DNA of 64,000 nucleotides. Source: an uncultured Candidatus Saccharibacteria bacterium. GTDB lineage: Bacteria > Patescibacteriota > Minisyncoccia > Phycocordibacterales > UBA9973. Each line of letters starts with the position of its first letter. Positions within the stretch are counted from its first letter, which is position 1. Positions 1-9,155 of the stretch are shown piece by piece. The notes beneath the pieces were generated by a model. It saw only the letters and a program-made list of their open reading frames with translations. It was not told where the DNA came from and did not search any database. The stretch covers positions 69,452 through 133,451 of the forward strand of contig CAZIZK010000002.1 in NCBI GenBank assembly GCA_964544225.1, given 5' to 3'. The position numbers and the translations under genes are program-made.

Positions 1-83
1 TCATGGCTTGGTATGATAATGAAATGGGGTATACACATACACTTGTCGATCACGTAATCAAAACCGGCCAGAGTATAAAATAA
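1..83 (+). CDS. gap: Glyceraldehyde-3-phosphate dehydrogenase, C-terminal end (5' truncated by window)
   Basis: Frame 3 translates ..AWYDNEMGYTHTLVDHVIKTGQSIK* and matches the conserved GAPDH C-terminus (WYDNEWGYS..). TAA stop at 81-83. Confidence 0.7.
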   Translation, partial: MAWYDNEMGYTHTLVDHVIKTGQSIK

Positions 84-87
84 ATTT

Positions 88-744
88 ATGGAAGAAAATA
101 CACCACAATTAAATATGCAAGGAGATGGAATGGTTAATATTACAAAACCTATAAAAATTTTTAAATATAAAAAGAAAGCTATTTTTCTTATAATTGCTGG
201 TATTGTCGGTATAATCCTTTCAATAATATATTACAAAATGTCAGTTACTGGATGTCCTGATAGTTTAATAGATAATCTGTGTTCTGATAAAGATTTAATA
301 AATAATAAAATTACAACTTCTTACCAAACAAGTTATTATTTATTTGTAGCTATTATTGTATTTATAGCTGGTATATTTCTGTATAAAAAAAAGAAAATAG
401 GTTTGTATTTATTTTTGGTTTCTGTGTCTATGATTATCTTTAGTATTTTTTTACCAAAGGATCTTACACATATCTACAAAATTGTTTTTAATTCTAATAA
501 TTTATTTTTAAATTCAATTATTACCGCAACTGCTTTTGGTTTCATTTTCTTCCCAGTTTTAATAGGTTTATATTTTTATTTTTTTGCTATATTTTTTAAT
601 TTATTTTCAATAAAAAAATGGGCATATTTATTTAATATAAATACATCAAAATTATGGTTTTTCTGTTTAAAAATGATAGGTTTTTATTTTATTTTGTTTG
701 AAGTTATAAATATATTTAGAAAATTAATTTACTTAGCTTTATGA
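88..744 (+). CDS. Hypothetical polytopic membrane protein (very AT-rich)
   Basis: 218 aa ORF with several hydrophobic segments. No recognisable motif. Codon usage is unusually AT-rich. Confidence 0.4.
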   Translation: MEENTPQLNMQGDGMVNITKPIKIFKYKKKAIFLIIAGIVGIILSIIYYKMSVTGCPDSLIDNLCSDKDLINNKITTSYQTSYYLFVAIIVFIAGIFLYKKKKIGLYLFLVSVSMIIFSIFLPKDLTHIYKIVFNSNNLFLNSIITATAFGFIFFPVLIGLYFYFFAIFFNLFSIKKWAYLFNINTSKLWFFCLKMIGFYFILFEVINIFRKLIYLAL

Positions 745-1205
745 AAATATACATAGGGACAGATCATGCGGGGTTTGAGTTGAAGAATAAATTGAAAGTA
801 TTCTTGGGTACTTTGAATGGGTCTGGCTACGAGGTGGTAGACATGGGGGCGAATGAATATCACGAAAATGATGATTACCCAGACTTTATCCGCCCAGTGG
901 CCGAAGCTGTGGTGACTGATGAATTGTCTATCGAAGCACCAGTCAAATCTTTTGGCATAATACTTGGCGGAAGTGGCAATGGCGAGGCCATGTGTGCTAA
1001 CCGCATAAAAGGTGCCAGGGCTGCTGTGTACCACGGAGGCAATCTAGATATTGTAAAGTTTGCCCGTGCACATAACAATGCCAATATATTGTCTTTAGGT
1101 GCGCGCTATGTCAGCGAGGAAGAGGCAATGTATGCTGTACGTATATTTATCGATACAGCCTTTACTGGTGAGGCTCGCCATATAAGACGACTTAATAAAT
1201 TTTAA
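741..1205 (+). CDS. rpiB: Ribose-5-phosphate isomerase B
   Basis: N-terminus MKIYIGTDHAGFELK is typical of RpiB/LacAB. Sits beside rpe and tkt. Confidence 0.85.
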   Translation: MKIYIGTDHAGFELKNKLKVFLGTLNGSGYEVVDMGANEYHENDDYPDFIRPVAEAVVTDELSIEAPVKSFGIILGGSGNGEAMCANRIKGARAAVYHGGNLDIVKFARAHNNANILSLGARYVSEEEAMYAVRIFIDTAFTGEARHIRRLNKF

Positions 1206-1208
1206 AAA

Positions 1209-1910
1209 ATGAAGATCATCCCTGCCATAATGCCAGAGAATTTTATAGACATGCGCCACAAAATGGGGGTTATACTTGGTGCTGTGCCGATAGTACAGCT
1301 CGATATCATGGATGGCCGTTTTGTTCGTGAGCGAACATTTCCATACAACAGTGGTGACGAGGTAGATATGGCAAAATTGGAAAGCGAGGATGGTGGCATG
1401 CCGTATTGGCAAGATGTAGATGTAGAGTTGGACTTGATGGTCCGCTACGCACATAAATCCTTTGATATGTTTATGGCTTTTGCCCCAAAGAGGATCATCT
1501 ATCATATCGAAGCCGAAGCTACAAATGAAAAGGAGATGGAAGAGTTCAAAGAATACCTAGAAGCGATAGACATGTACACTCGCGAGAGTGTAGAGTTCGG
1601 CCTAGCTATAGGGAACGACACACCTCTTGAAAGTATCTACCCACTTATACCATTTGTATCATTCGTACAATGTATGGGTATTGCCAATATTGGCTATCAA
1701 GGTGAGCCATTTGATGAAAGAGTTATTGAAAGAGTAACAACTTTGAAAGAAAAATTCCCAGATATGGAGGTAAGTGTAGACGGCTCGGTAAATGAGGACA
1801 CAATACACACACTACAAGACGCCGGTGTAGATAGATATGTAATAGGTAGTGCAATATTTGGGGACTCAGACCCACGTGGCAAGATAAAAGAATTCCAAAA
1901 TATGTTATAA
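1209..1910 (+). CDS. rpe: Ribulose-phosphate 3-epimerase-like
   Basis: LDIMDGRFV motif (HxDxMDGxFVPN family) in a pentose-phosphate context. Confidence 0.65.
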   Translation: MKIIPAIMPENFIDMRHKMGVILGAVPIVQLDIMDGRFVRERTFPYNSGDEVDMAKLESEDGGMPYWQDVDVELDLMVRYAHKSFDMFMAFAPKRIIYHIEAEATNEKEMEEFKEYLEAIDMYTRESVEFGLAIGNDTPLESIYPLIPFVSFVQCMGIANIGYQGEPFDERVIERVTTLKEKFPDMEVSVDGSVNEDTIHTLQDAGVDRYVIGSAIFGDSDPRGKIKEFQNML

Positions 1911-1922
1911 TTAAATTTATAC

Positions 1923-2792
1923 ATGGAAGAATTGAATGCTGAAAAATTAAAATTCCTACGAATCAAAGCGACAGAGATCCGCGAGAGTATTATTAGTATG
2001 TTGCTGGAGGCAAAGAGCGGGCACACTGCAGGACCACTGGGTATGGCAGACATCTTTACACTACTTTATTTCCACGCTATGCATAATGATCCAAAGGATC
2101 CGTACATGAAGAACCGTGATCGACTAGTATTGTCAAACGGGCATATCTGCCCAGTATTGTATGCGACTATGGCACACCGTGGGTATTTCCCTATAGAGGA
2201 ATTGAAGACTTTAAGAAAATTTGGCAGTCGCCTACAAGGCCACCCACACCGCGAGTTCATGCCATGGCTTGAAACTTCATCGGGCCCACTGGGAAGTGGA
2301 CTTTCACAAGCAGTGGGTATGGCTATAGCCGACAGGATGGACAATGGTGTAAATACACATACTACAATGTATGCACTACTTTCCGATGGTGAGCATGATG
2401 AAGGTAATATATGGGAGGCAGTGATACTGGGTGCAAAAGAAAAGCTAGGCAACCTAATAGCCATTATTGACCGCAACAATATCCAGATCGACGGCTATAC
2501 CGAGGATGTAATGCCACTAGGGGATATGAGCAAGAAATACAAAGAGTTCGGCTGGCATGTGCAGGAGATCAATGGCCACAATATGGAAGATATAAACAAT
2601 GCTATCAATACAGCAAAGGCAGTGCGTGACAAGCCATCTGTAATAGTGGCGCGTACTATCCCGGGTAAAGGTGTGAAGGAATTTGAATACGACTTCCACT
2701 GGCATGGAGTGGCACCGGATCGCGAGCAGGCCAACATGGCTTTGAAGGAACTGCGTACATTACAAGGCCAGATAGAGGGGGAACACATGTAA
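1923..2792 (+). CDS. tktA: Transketolase, N-terminal subunit (split tkt)
   Basis: SGHTAGPLGMADIFTLLY..NRDRLVLSNGH..GHP motifs of the transketolase TPP-binding half. Confidence 0.85.
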   Translation: MEELNAEKLKFLRIKATEIRESIISMLLEAKSGHTAGPLGMADIFTLLYFHAMHNDPKDPYMKNRDRLVLSNGHICPVLYATMAHRGYFPIEELKTLRKFGSRLQGHPHREFMPWLETSSGPLGSGLSQAVGMAIADRMDNGVNTHTTMYALLSDGEHDEGNIWEAVILGAKEKLGNLIAIIDRNNIQIDGYTEDVMPLGDMSKKYKEFGWHVQEINGHNMEDINNAINTAKAVRDKPSVIVARTIPGKGVKEFEYDFHWHGVAPDREQANMALKELRTLQGQIEGEHM

Positions 2793-2800
2793 AATATTTT

Positions 2801-3787
2801 ATGTTAAATCAATCATTAAAATTAAATACAAAAATGTGGAACGACGATGTGGAACAGCTACCAATACGCAAAGGCTTTGGCCAAGGGTTATTGAAAGCGG
2901 GTGAGAACGATGCCAACATTGTCGCACTATGTGCTGACCTGACCGAGAGTACTCAAATGCATTTCTTTAAAGAAAGATTTCCTGAAAGATTTGTACAGAT
3001 AGGTGTCGCCGAGCAGAACCTAGTAACAGTAGCAAGTGGTATGAGTGCCATGGGAAAAATCCCTTTTGTATCTAGCTATGCGATGTTTAGCCCAGGCAGA
3101 AATTGGGAACAGATTCGTACAACTATTGCATACAATGACAGGAAGGTGGTGATAGTCGGCTCACATGCTGGTATATCTGTTGGTCCCGATGGAGGTACAC
3201 ACCAAGCTATCGAGGATATGGCTATCATGCGTGTGATACCCAATATGGTGGTGATATCACCATGCGACGCTATCGAGGCCAGGAAGGCGACCCTCGCACT
3301 TGCAAAAAGTAAGGAGCCAGCATACCTGCGCCTCGCTCGCGAGAAGACTCCGATAATGACTACCGATGATACACCTTTTGAGATAGGAAAGGCACAGATA
3401 ATGTTCGTACCAGAAGCAGGCCTTGCCCAAGTAGGTATCATTGCAACAGGCGCACTCGTACACAAGGCACTTGTGGCGGCAAAGCAATTGGAAGGCGAGG
3501 GCATAAAAGTAAAAGTAATGAATATAGCAACTATCAAGCCACTGGATACCGAGGCGGTGATAGCGCTTGCAAAAGAAGCTAAGAAAATTATAACAGTCGA
3601 GGAGCACCAGATAGCCGGAGGCCTTGGAAGCGCTGTGGCTGAATGCCTAGCCGAGAACTATCCGGTAAAGATAAAGTTCATCGGAGTTCATGACAAATTC
3701 GGTCAGTCTGGCACCCCAGCAGAACTTATTGAACATTATGGTATGGGGGTAAAAGACATACTAAAAGCAGTAAAGGAAATCTTATAA
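2801..3787 (+). CDS. tktB: Transketolase, C-terminal subunit (split tkt)
   Basis: Pyrimidine-binding and C-terminal domains (VGSHAGISVGPDGGTHQ). Immediately downstream of the N-terminal subunit. Confidence 0.85.
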   Translation: MLNQSLKLNTKMWNDDVEQLPIRKGFGQGLLKAGENDANIVALCADLTESTQMHFFKERFPERFVQIGVAEQNLVTVASGMSAMGKIPFVSSYAMFSPGRNWEQIRTTIAYNDRKVVIVGSHAGISVGPDGGTHQAIEDMAIMRVIPNMVVISPCDAIEARKATLALAKSKEPAYLRLAREKTPIMTTDDTPFEIGKAQIMFVPEAGLAQVGIIATGALVHKALVAAKQLEGEGIKVKVMNIATIKPLDTEAVIALAKEAKKIITVEEHQIAGGLGSAVAECLAENYPVKIKFIGVHDKFGQSGTPAELIEHYGMGVKDILKAVKEIL

Positions 3788-3808
3788 TAAATAAGCATTT
3801 CGTGTTAA

Positions 3809-3827
3809 TATATATATATATATATAT
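3809..3827. repeat. (TA)9 dinucleotide tract abutting the start codon
   Basis: tatatatatatatatatat directly precedes and overlaps ATG 3826. A homologous (TA)5 tract precedes the paralog at 25797-25807. Confidence 0.9.
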
Positions 3828-6636
3828 GAATTCAAGCAATAAATTAAAACAAATATTTATATCTACATTTATTGTTGGTATTTTTGTATTATTCTTAATA
3901 CCTTTAAATACAAATGCAGCAACTTGGACACAACAATTAGGTTCAGGTAGTAGGTATTGGTCCGATGTAGCTTCATCATCTGATGGTACAAAATTGGTAG
4001 CGGTAGGAAATAATAGTTCTGATGGAGTATATATCTACACATCAACCGACAGTGGAGCAACCTGGACAGAGCGAACAGGTGCAGGACAGCATAATTGGAG
4101 AGGGGTAGCTTCTTCATCTGATGGTACAAAATTGGTAGCTATATATTATGATGGTTCCGCTGGTTCTATATACACATCAAGTGACAGTGGGGCAAACTGG
4201 ACAGAGCGTACAGGCGCTGGTTCTAGGCAATTTTTTTCAGTCGCATCATCTGCTGATGGTACAAAGCTTGTAATTGGTGTAATTGGTGGTGGATATATCT
4301 ACACATCAAGTGACAGTGGGGCAAACTGGACAGAGCGTACAGGCGCTGGTAGCTCATATTGGTACAGTGTTGCATCATCAGCTGACGGTACAAAATTAGT
4401 AGCAGTAAAAAATACAGGTCTCGGTTCTGACTATATCTATACATCCACTGACAGTGGAGCAAACTGGACAGAGCGCACAGGTGCTGGTAATAAGCGTTGG
4501 ACAAGCGTTGCATCATCTACTGATGGTACAAAATTGGTAGCAGTAGAAGATAATAATAGTAATGCTGGTGGGGGGTATGTATACACATCTACTGACAGTG
4601 GTGCAAACTGGACACAACAAACTGGTTCGGGTCTTGATTTTTGGCAGAGTGTTGCATCATCTGCTGATGGTAGTATATTGATAGCAACAACATATAATTA
4701 TATATATCTATCTTACGATAGTGGTGTTAGTTGGGCAGCACAAACTCTTGCAGGTAATCAAACTTGGGGAAGCACTGCTTCATCGTCTGATGGTACAAAA
4801 TTCATTACATTTGCACCTGGTCCTGGTAATCTAGGTTATATATACACATCTCCTGCGATTGTCCCTTCGTTAACAACAGGTGCATCTTCATCTACAACAC
4901 AAACAACAACAACGTTATCTAGTAATATGGTAGATATAGGTGCAGACACACCAACAATACGAGGTGTCCAATATGGATTAACAACATCTTATGGATCAAC
5001 AGCTTCAGAAAGTGGTTCATTTAGTACAGGTGTGTACACCTTGGGATTAACAGGTCTGACTTGTAACTCTACTTATCATTATCGTGCATACTCAACCAAT
5101 AGTTCTGGTACAGGATACGGTAGCGACGCAACATTTAGTACTTCTTATTGTGCACCTACCATGACTTCTGGATCTTCTTCATCTATAGCTAGCACAACAG
5201 CAACTCTAGCTGGTGAAATAACGGCAAATGGTGGAGCAACAAGTACCATACGAGGTTTCCAATATGGCACAACAACCTCTTATGGATCCACAGTTTCAGA
5301 AAGTGGGTCATATGGACCATTTGGTACATACCTCTCCCAATTTGGAACAAATGGTGGTGGTGACGGAGAGCTTGATTATAGTCAAGGAATTGAAACAGAT
5401 TCTTCTGGTAATATATATGTTGTTGATCAGTATAATGGACGCGTTCAGAAATTTAACTCTAGTGGAACTTTTGTTTGGAAAACAAGTTATGCATTTGACT
5501 ATCCTACTGGTATAGCTATTGACTCATCGGGTAATCTTTATGTTCTTGATGGTAATAGTACAGTTGTAAAGCTCGACCCTTCTGGTATATATGTATCCCA
5601 ATTCAGTTCAAATGGTTCTGGCAATGGAGAGTTAGCATACCCTTATGCAATAGCTATTGACTCAGATGATAATATTTATATAGCTGATAGTGGTAATAGC
5701 CGTATTCAGAAATTCGATCCAAGTGGTGTGTATCTTTTGCAGTGGGATGGAAGTGATAGTCCTGATGGAGCTCTATCCGTTCCTCGAGGTATTGCAGTTG
5801 GTGCAGATGGTAATATATATGTATCTGAGCGTAATGCCTCAAGAAGAATTATAAAATTTACACCTTCTGGAGTTTATATTTCTCAATTCGGATCATCAGG
5901 CTCTGGAGATGGACAGTTTAATAGACCTCATGGTATAACAGTCGATTCTTTAGGTAATATATACGTAGCTGATATGAATAACAACCGTATTCAGAAATTC
6001 GATTCTACTGGTGCCTATGTAGCCCAATTCGGCTCATCTGGTTCTGGAAATGTAGAATTCTCGCAACCTTTTGATGTGGCTATAGATTCAAATAATAATA
6101 TATATGTATCTGATACTAATAATAATCGTGTCCAAAAGTTAGCAGTTTCTGGTAACTACACAGCTTCACTTACAGGTCTTGTGTGTGGAACCACATACCA
6201 CTACCGTGCGTATGCTACAAACTCTATAGATACTGGATATGGATCTGACGCGACATTTACCACATCTGCATGTGCTACAAGTTCTGCAACAGGTTCATCG
6301 GCTGGTAGTAGAATACAAAATTTATTAAATATGGGTAAAGTGGATGAGGCGCAAAAATTAGCACTCCAATTTCCAAATGCAGTAACTCCAACTCAAAATC
6401 AATTCAATACCCCAGGTATACAAATAACAAAGAAGCTGATAAGGGGTATTAAAGACAATGAAGTAAAGACACTTCAAACCATACTAAATAAAATATTAAA
6501 TATGAATCTAGTAATCGACGGAGCTTTTGGACTAAAGACTCGTAATGCTGTTATGGAATTTCAAAAGAAATATAATCTAAAGGCCGATGGGGTAGTAGGG
6601 CCTATGACAAGAGGGGTATTAAATAAATTATTATAG
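3826..6636 (+). CDS. Large secreted surface protein with BNR/Asp-box propeller, Fn3-like modules, NHL repeats and a C-terminal peptidoglycan-binding domain
   Basis: Signal peptide present. About seven S-x-D-S-G-A-x-W-T (BNR) repeats with a period near 46 aa. Two Fn3-like modules (LTGLxCxTTYHYRAYxTN..GxGYGSD). Six NHL repeats (GNIYVxDxxNNRIQKF). C-terminal DGxFGxKTxxAVxxFQKxxxLxADGVVGPxT = PG_binding_1. The ORF caller's GTG at 3802 runs through a (TA)9 tract. ATG 3826 (MNSSNKLKQ) is the likely start. Confidence 0.7.
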   Translation: MNSSNKLKQIFISTFIVGIFVLFLIPLNTNAATWTQQLGSGSRYWSDVASSSDGTKLVAVGNNSSDGVYIYTSTDSGATWTERTGAGQHNWRGVASSSDGTKLVAIYYDGSAGSIYTSSDSGANWTERTGAGSRQFFSVASSADGTKLVIGVIGGGYIYTSSDSGANWTERTGAGSSYWYSVASSADGTKLVAVKNTGLGSDYIYTSTDSGANWTERTGAGNKRWTSVASSTDGTKLVAVEDNNSNAGGGYVYTSTDSGANWTQQTGSGLDFWQSVASSADGSILIATTYNYIYLSYDSGVSWAAQTLAGNQTWGSTASSSDGTKFITFAPGPGNLGYIYTSPAIVPSLTTGASSSTTQTTTTLSSNMVDIGADTPTIRGVQYGLTTSYGSTASESGSFSTGVYTLGLTGLTCNSTYHYRAYSTNSSGTGYGSDATFSTSYCAPTMTSGSSSSIASTTATLAGEITANGGATSTIRGFQYGTTTSYGSTVSESGSYGPFGTYLSQFGTNGGGDGELDYSQGIETDSSGNIYVVDQYNGRVQKFNSSGTFVWKTSYAFDYPTGIAIDSSGNLYVLDGNSTVVKLDPSGIYVSQFSSNGSGNGELAYPYAIAIDSDDNIYIADSGNSRIQKFDPSGVYLLQWDGSDSPDGALSVPRGIAVGADGNIYVSERNASRRIIKFTPSGVYISQFGSSGSGDGQFNRPHGITVDSLGNIYVADMNNNRIQKFDSTGAYVAQFGSSGSGNVEFSQPFDVAIDSNNNIYVSDTNNNRVQKLAVSGNYTASLTGLVCGTTYHYRAYATNSIDTGYGSDATFTTSACATSSATGSSAGSRIQNLLNMGKVDEAQKLALQFPNAVTPTQNQFNTPGIQITKKLIRGIKDNEVKTLQTILNKILNMNLVIDGAFGLKTRNAVMEFQKKYNLKADGVVGPMTRGVLNKLL

Positions 6637-6693
6637 ATATTAAGTAAAACTTGGAAGCAAGGCTTCCAAGTGACATAATATAAAAAGAAAAAA

Positions 6694-6720
6694 AGAGCAC
6701 TTTGGTTATGTGCTCTTTTC
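6694..6720 (+). terminator. Intrinsic terminator hairpin (aagagcac..gtgctctttt)
   Basis: 7 bp GC-containing stem followed by a T-run, downstream of the 3826..6636 gene. Confidence 0.6.
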
Positions 6721-6740
6721 TTAATGGGGGTGTGTAGAGG

Positions 6741-7046
6741 TTAATTTATGATTTTTTTGATTTCGTCTTGTAGACGATGTACTTCTGCTTTTTCTTTGTG
6801 GATTTCAATAAAAGCTGGGTCTCTTTCAGGGTGTTGATAAATTTCTTCGGCAAAATGTCTTTGAATTGAGTTGTCGCTATCTAATCCATCAATTGTTGAA
6901 TTAAATTTTGCTTCCAAGCTAGCAATTCTTACATTATGTTGGTTGATTTCATCAAGCATCTGATTCATAATTTCCTCTTGTTCTTTTGTTAGAACTGGTC
7001 CTTCTAGATGTTTCTGTATCATAGTTTTGGAGTTTAGGTGGGACAA
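6741..7046 (-). CDS. Hypothetical protein (charged, helical)
   Basis: 101 aa ORF. No recognisable motif. Confidence 0.4.
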   Translation of the reverse strand: MSHLNSKTMIQKHLEGPVLTKEQEEIMNQMLDEINQHNVRIASLEAKFNSTIDGLDSDNSIQRHFAEEIYQHPERDPAFIEIHKEKAEVHRLQDEIKKIIN

Positions 7047-7057
7047 TTGTTTAAAGA

Positions 7058-7094
7058 ATTATAAACAATTACACCCTGTGTGTCAACAGGGTGT
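7058..7094 (-). terminator. Hairpin acaccctg..cagggtgt downstream of the PfkB gene
   Basis: 8 bp stem immediately 3' of the stop at 7119. Confidence 0.45.
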
Positions 7095-7118
7095 AATTTG
7101 TCAATATTTTATAAGTGT

Positions 7119-8111
7119 TTAGTTGATCTTACTGATCTTGTAATCTGCTGGGGCTTTGGCTAGGTGTTCCTCGAGTTTATCTTTGAACAATAGTCCTGCT
7201 TGAGCACCAACTTTCTGTACCACTGACATAGAGTTGATAGGTGCCCAAGTCATGGCCTCGGCTAGAGTCTTACCCATACACAATACTGCTGTAATAGTAG
7301 ATGAAAAAGCGTCTCCAGCACCTGTACGTTCGTATGGTTCGTGTGGATACACCGGCATAAAGAATGCGTCAGTACCGTCATATGCATAGGCACCCTTGAT
7401 ACCATCGGTCATGATTATTATCTTTGGGCCAAGGTCCTTCAAACCTTGCATTAATTTGATCTTATCTTTTTCTTCTGTTGCCAATATCCTCTGAGCTTCT
7501 TCAAAATTACAGAAGAATACTTCAGTGTTCTTGTAGATATCTTTCAATATTTCAGTACCGAGCTTCATCTGGAATGTACCAGGCTGAAAAGCCAATTTTA
7601 CATTTGGGTGCTCGTTCAGGTACTGGGCTATTTGTTTATGATACTCAGTAGAGTTGGAAGCCATCGATGAAAGATATATCCACTTCGGCTCAGGCATGTT
7701 CATAGGGAAGGCGTATGGGTATTCCTCGTGCTTTACCAGTATTGTGCGTTCTACATCGTACCAAAGCACGTAGTGGAAGTTCGACTTCATGCCTTCTACA
7801 GTTGTGACATAGTCAGTTATGATATTGTTCTTCTTTAATTCGGCTACATTGTTTACACCTATGTCGTCACTACCTATATATGTCATAAGGGCAGTGTTCA
7901 GGCCTAGGCGTGCGGCAGATACAGCAGCATTTGGGCTGTTGCCTACAGCTACACACAACTCGGCAGATTCATAAGGCACTTTGTCACCAAAGCGGAGTGA
8001 TAATTTGCAGTGTTCTTGGTCCAGATCACAGGTGGCTTCTGCGTCTTTTAGTCTAATAAATGGCTCGGTGACTATGTCACCAATTGCTAAAAAGTCAATT
8101 TGTTTTTCCAT
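7119..8111 (-). CDS. PfkB-family carbohydrate kinase (ribokinase-like; candidate phosphofructokinase)
   Basis: C-terminal TGAGDAF anion-hole motif and PfkB-like fold length. Divergently adjacent to a class I aldolase. Confidence 0.75.
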   Translation of the reverse strand: MEKQIDFLAIGDIVTEPFIRLKDAEATCDLDQEHCKLSLRFGDKVPYESAELCVAVGNSPNAAVSAARLGLNTALMTYIGSDDIGVNNVAELKKNNIITDYVTTVEGMKSNFHYVLWYDVERTILVKHEEYPYAFPMNMPEPKWIYLSSMASNSTEYHKQIAQYLNEHPNVKLAFQPGTFQMKLGTEILKDIYKNTEVFFCNFEEAQRILATEEKDKIKLMQGLKDLGPKIIIMTDGIKGAYAYDGTDAFFMPVYPHEPYERTGAGDAFSSTITAVLCMGKTLAEAMTWAPINSMSVVQKVGAQAGLLFKDKLEEHLAKAPADYKISKIN

Positions 8112-8146
8112 AGGTACAGTATAACATAGTGTGATATAATTTTGGA

Positions 8147-9142
8147 ATGAACAAAGAAATACTTATAGATACAGTTAGTAAATTAGTAAAAGAACCAAAG
8201 GGAATACTCGCTATCGATGAGAGCATGCCTACTTGTAATACTCGATTTGAAAAATTGGGCATCCCGACAACAGAAGAAAAGCGCCGAGATTACCGTGACT
8301 TGTTAGTATCTGCCCCTGGTATAGAACAATACGTTTCTGGATATATCACATTCGACGAGACAATGCGCCAGAGCACACGCGATGGAGTAACATTCCCAAA
8401 TGTTTTAAAGAATAAGGGTATTGAGGTGGGTATCAAGCTCGATGAAGGTACAAAGAATTTCAACGACATGGGTGAGAAGGTGACAACAGGCTTGGATAGT
8501 CTGCCAACACGCATACCAGAATACAAAGCTATGGGTGCAAGCTTTGCAAAGTGGCGCGCTGTGATAAATATCGGTGATGGTTTACCAACTGACGAGGCAT
8601 TGAATGCAAATGCTCAAGCTTTATCAAAATATGCAAAGATCTGCCAAGACAATGATATCGTTCCAATAGTTGAGCCTGAAGTTCTAATCGATGGTAACCA
8701 CACTATGGAGCGTTGTTATGAGGTAACAGCAAACAACTTAGATATTTTATTTACAGCTTTAGCTAATGAAGGTGTATTTATTCCCGGCATAATTTTAAAG
8801 ACAAGTATGATCCTACCAGGTAAAGATAGTGGTATCATTGCAATACCCGAGCAAGTAGCCGAGATGACAATCAAATGTCTTCGTGAACATGTACCAGCAG
8901 ATATTGGTGGCATTGTGTTCCTCTCTGGTGGCCAGAGCGATATGGACGCAGTGTTGAACCTAAACGCAATGAAGAAGAATGCTGACTTGCCTTGGGCTCT
9001 GACATTCTCATACGGGCGTGCAATACAGAACAATGCATTACAAGCTTGGGCAAAGAATCCTACAGATATAGCCGGCGCACAAAATGCATTACTTGAATCT
9101 GCAAAGGCAAATAGCCTAGCATCTGTGGGTCAATATAAATAA
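8147..9142 (+). CDS. fba: Fructose-bisphosphate aldolase, class I
   Basis: GILAIDES..RRDYRDLL..GIKLDEG matches the eukaryote-type class I FBA signature. Confidence 0.8.
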   Translation: MNKEILIDTVSKLVKEPKGILAIDESMPTCNTRFEKLGIPTTEEKRRDYRDLLVSAPGIEQYVSGYITFDETMRQSTRDGVTFPNVLKNKGIEVGIKLDEGTKNFNDMGEKVTTGLDSLPTRIPEYKAMGASFAKWRAVINIGDGLPTDEALNANAQALSKYAKICQDNDIVPIVEPEVLIDGNHTMERCYEVTANNLDILFTALANEGVFIPGIILKTSMILPGKDSGIIAIPEQVAEMTIKCLREHVPADIGGIVFLSGGQSDMDAVLNLNAMKKNADLPWALTFSYGRAIQNNALQAWAKNPTDIAGAQNALLESAKANSLASVGQYK

Positions 9143-9155
9143 TTAATTTTTCAAA

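Noticed and set aside
3802-3825. GTG start at 3802 giving MLIYIYIYM..
   Set aside because: This is translation of the (TA)9 tract. The paralog and the signal-peptide logic place the start at ATG 3826.
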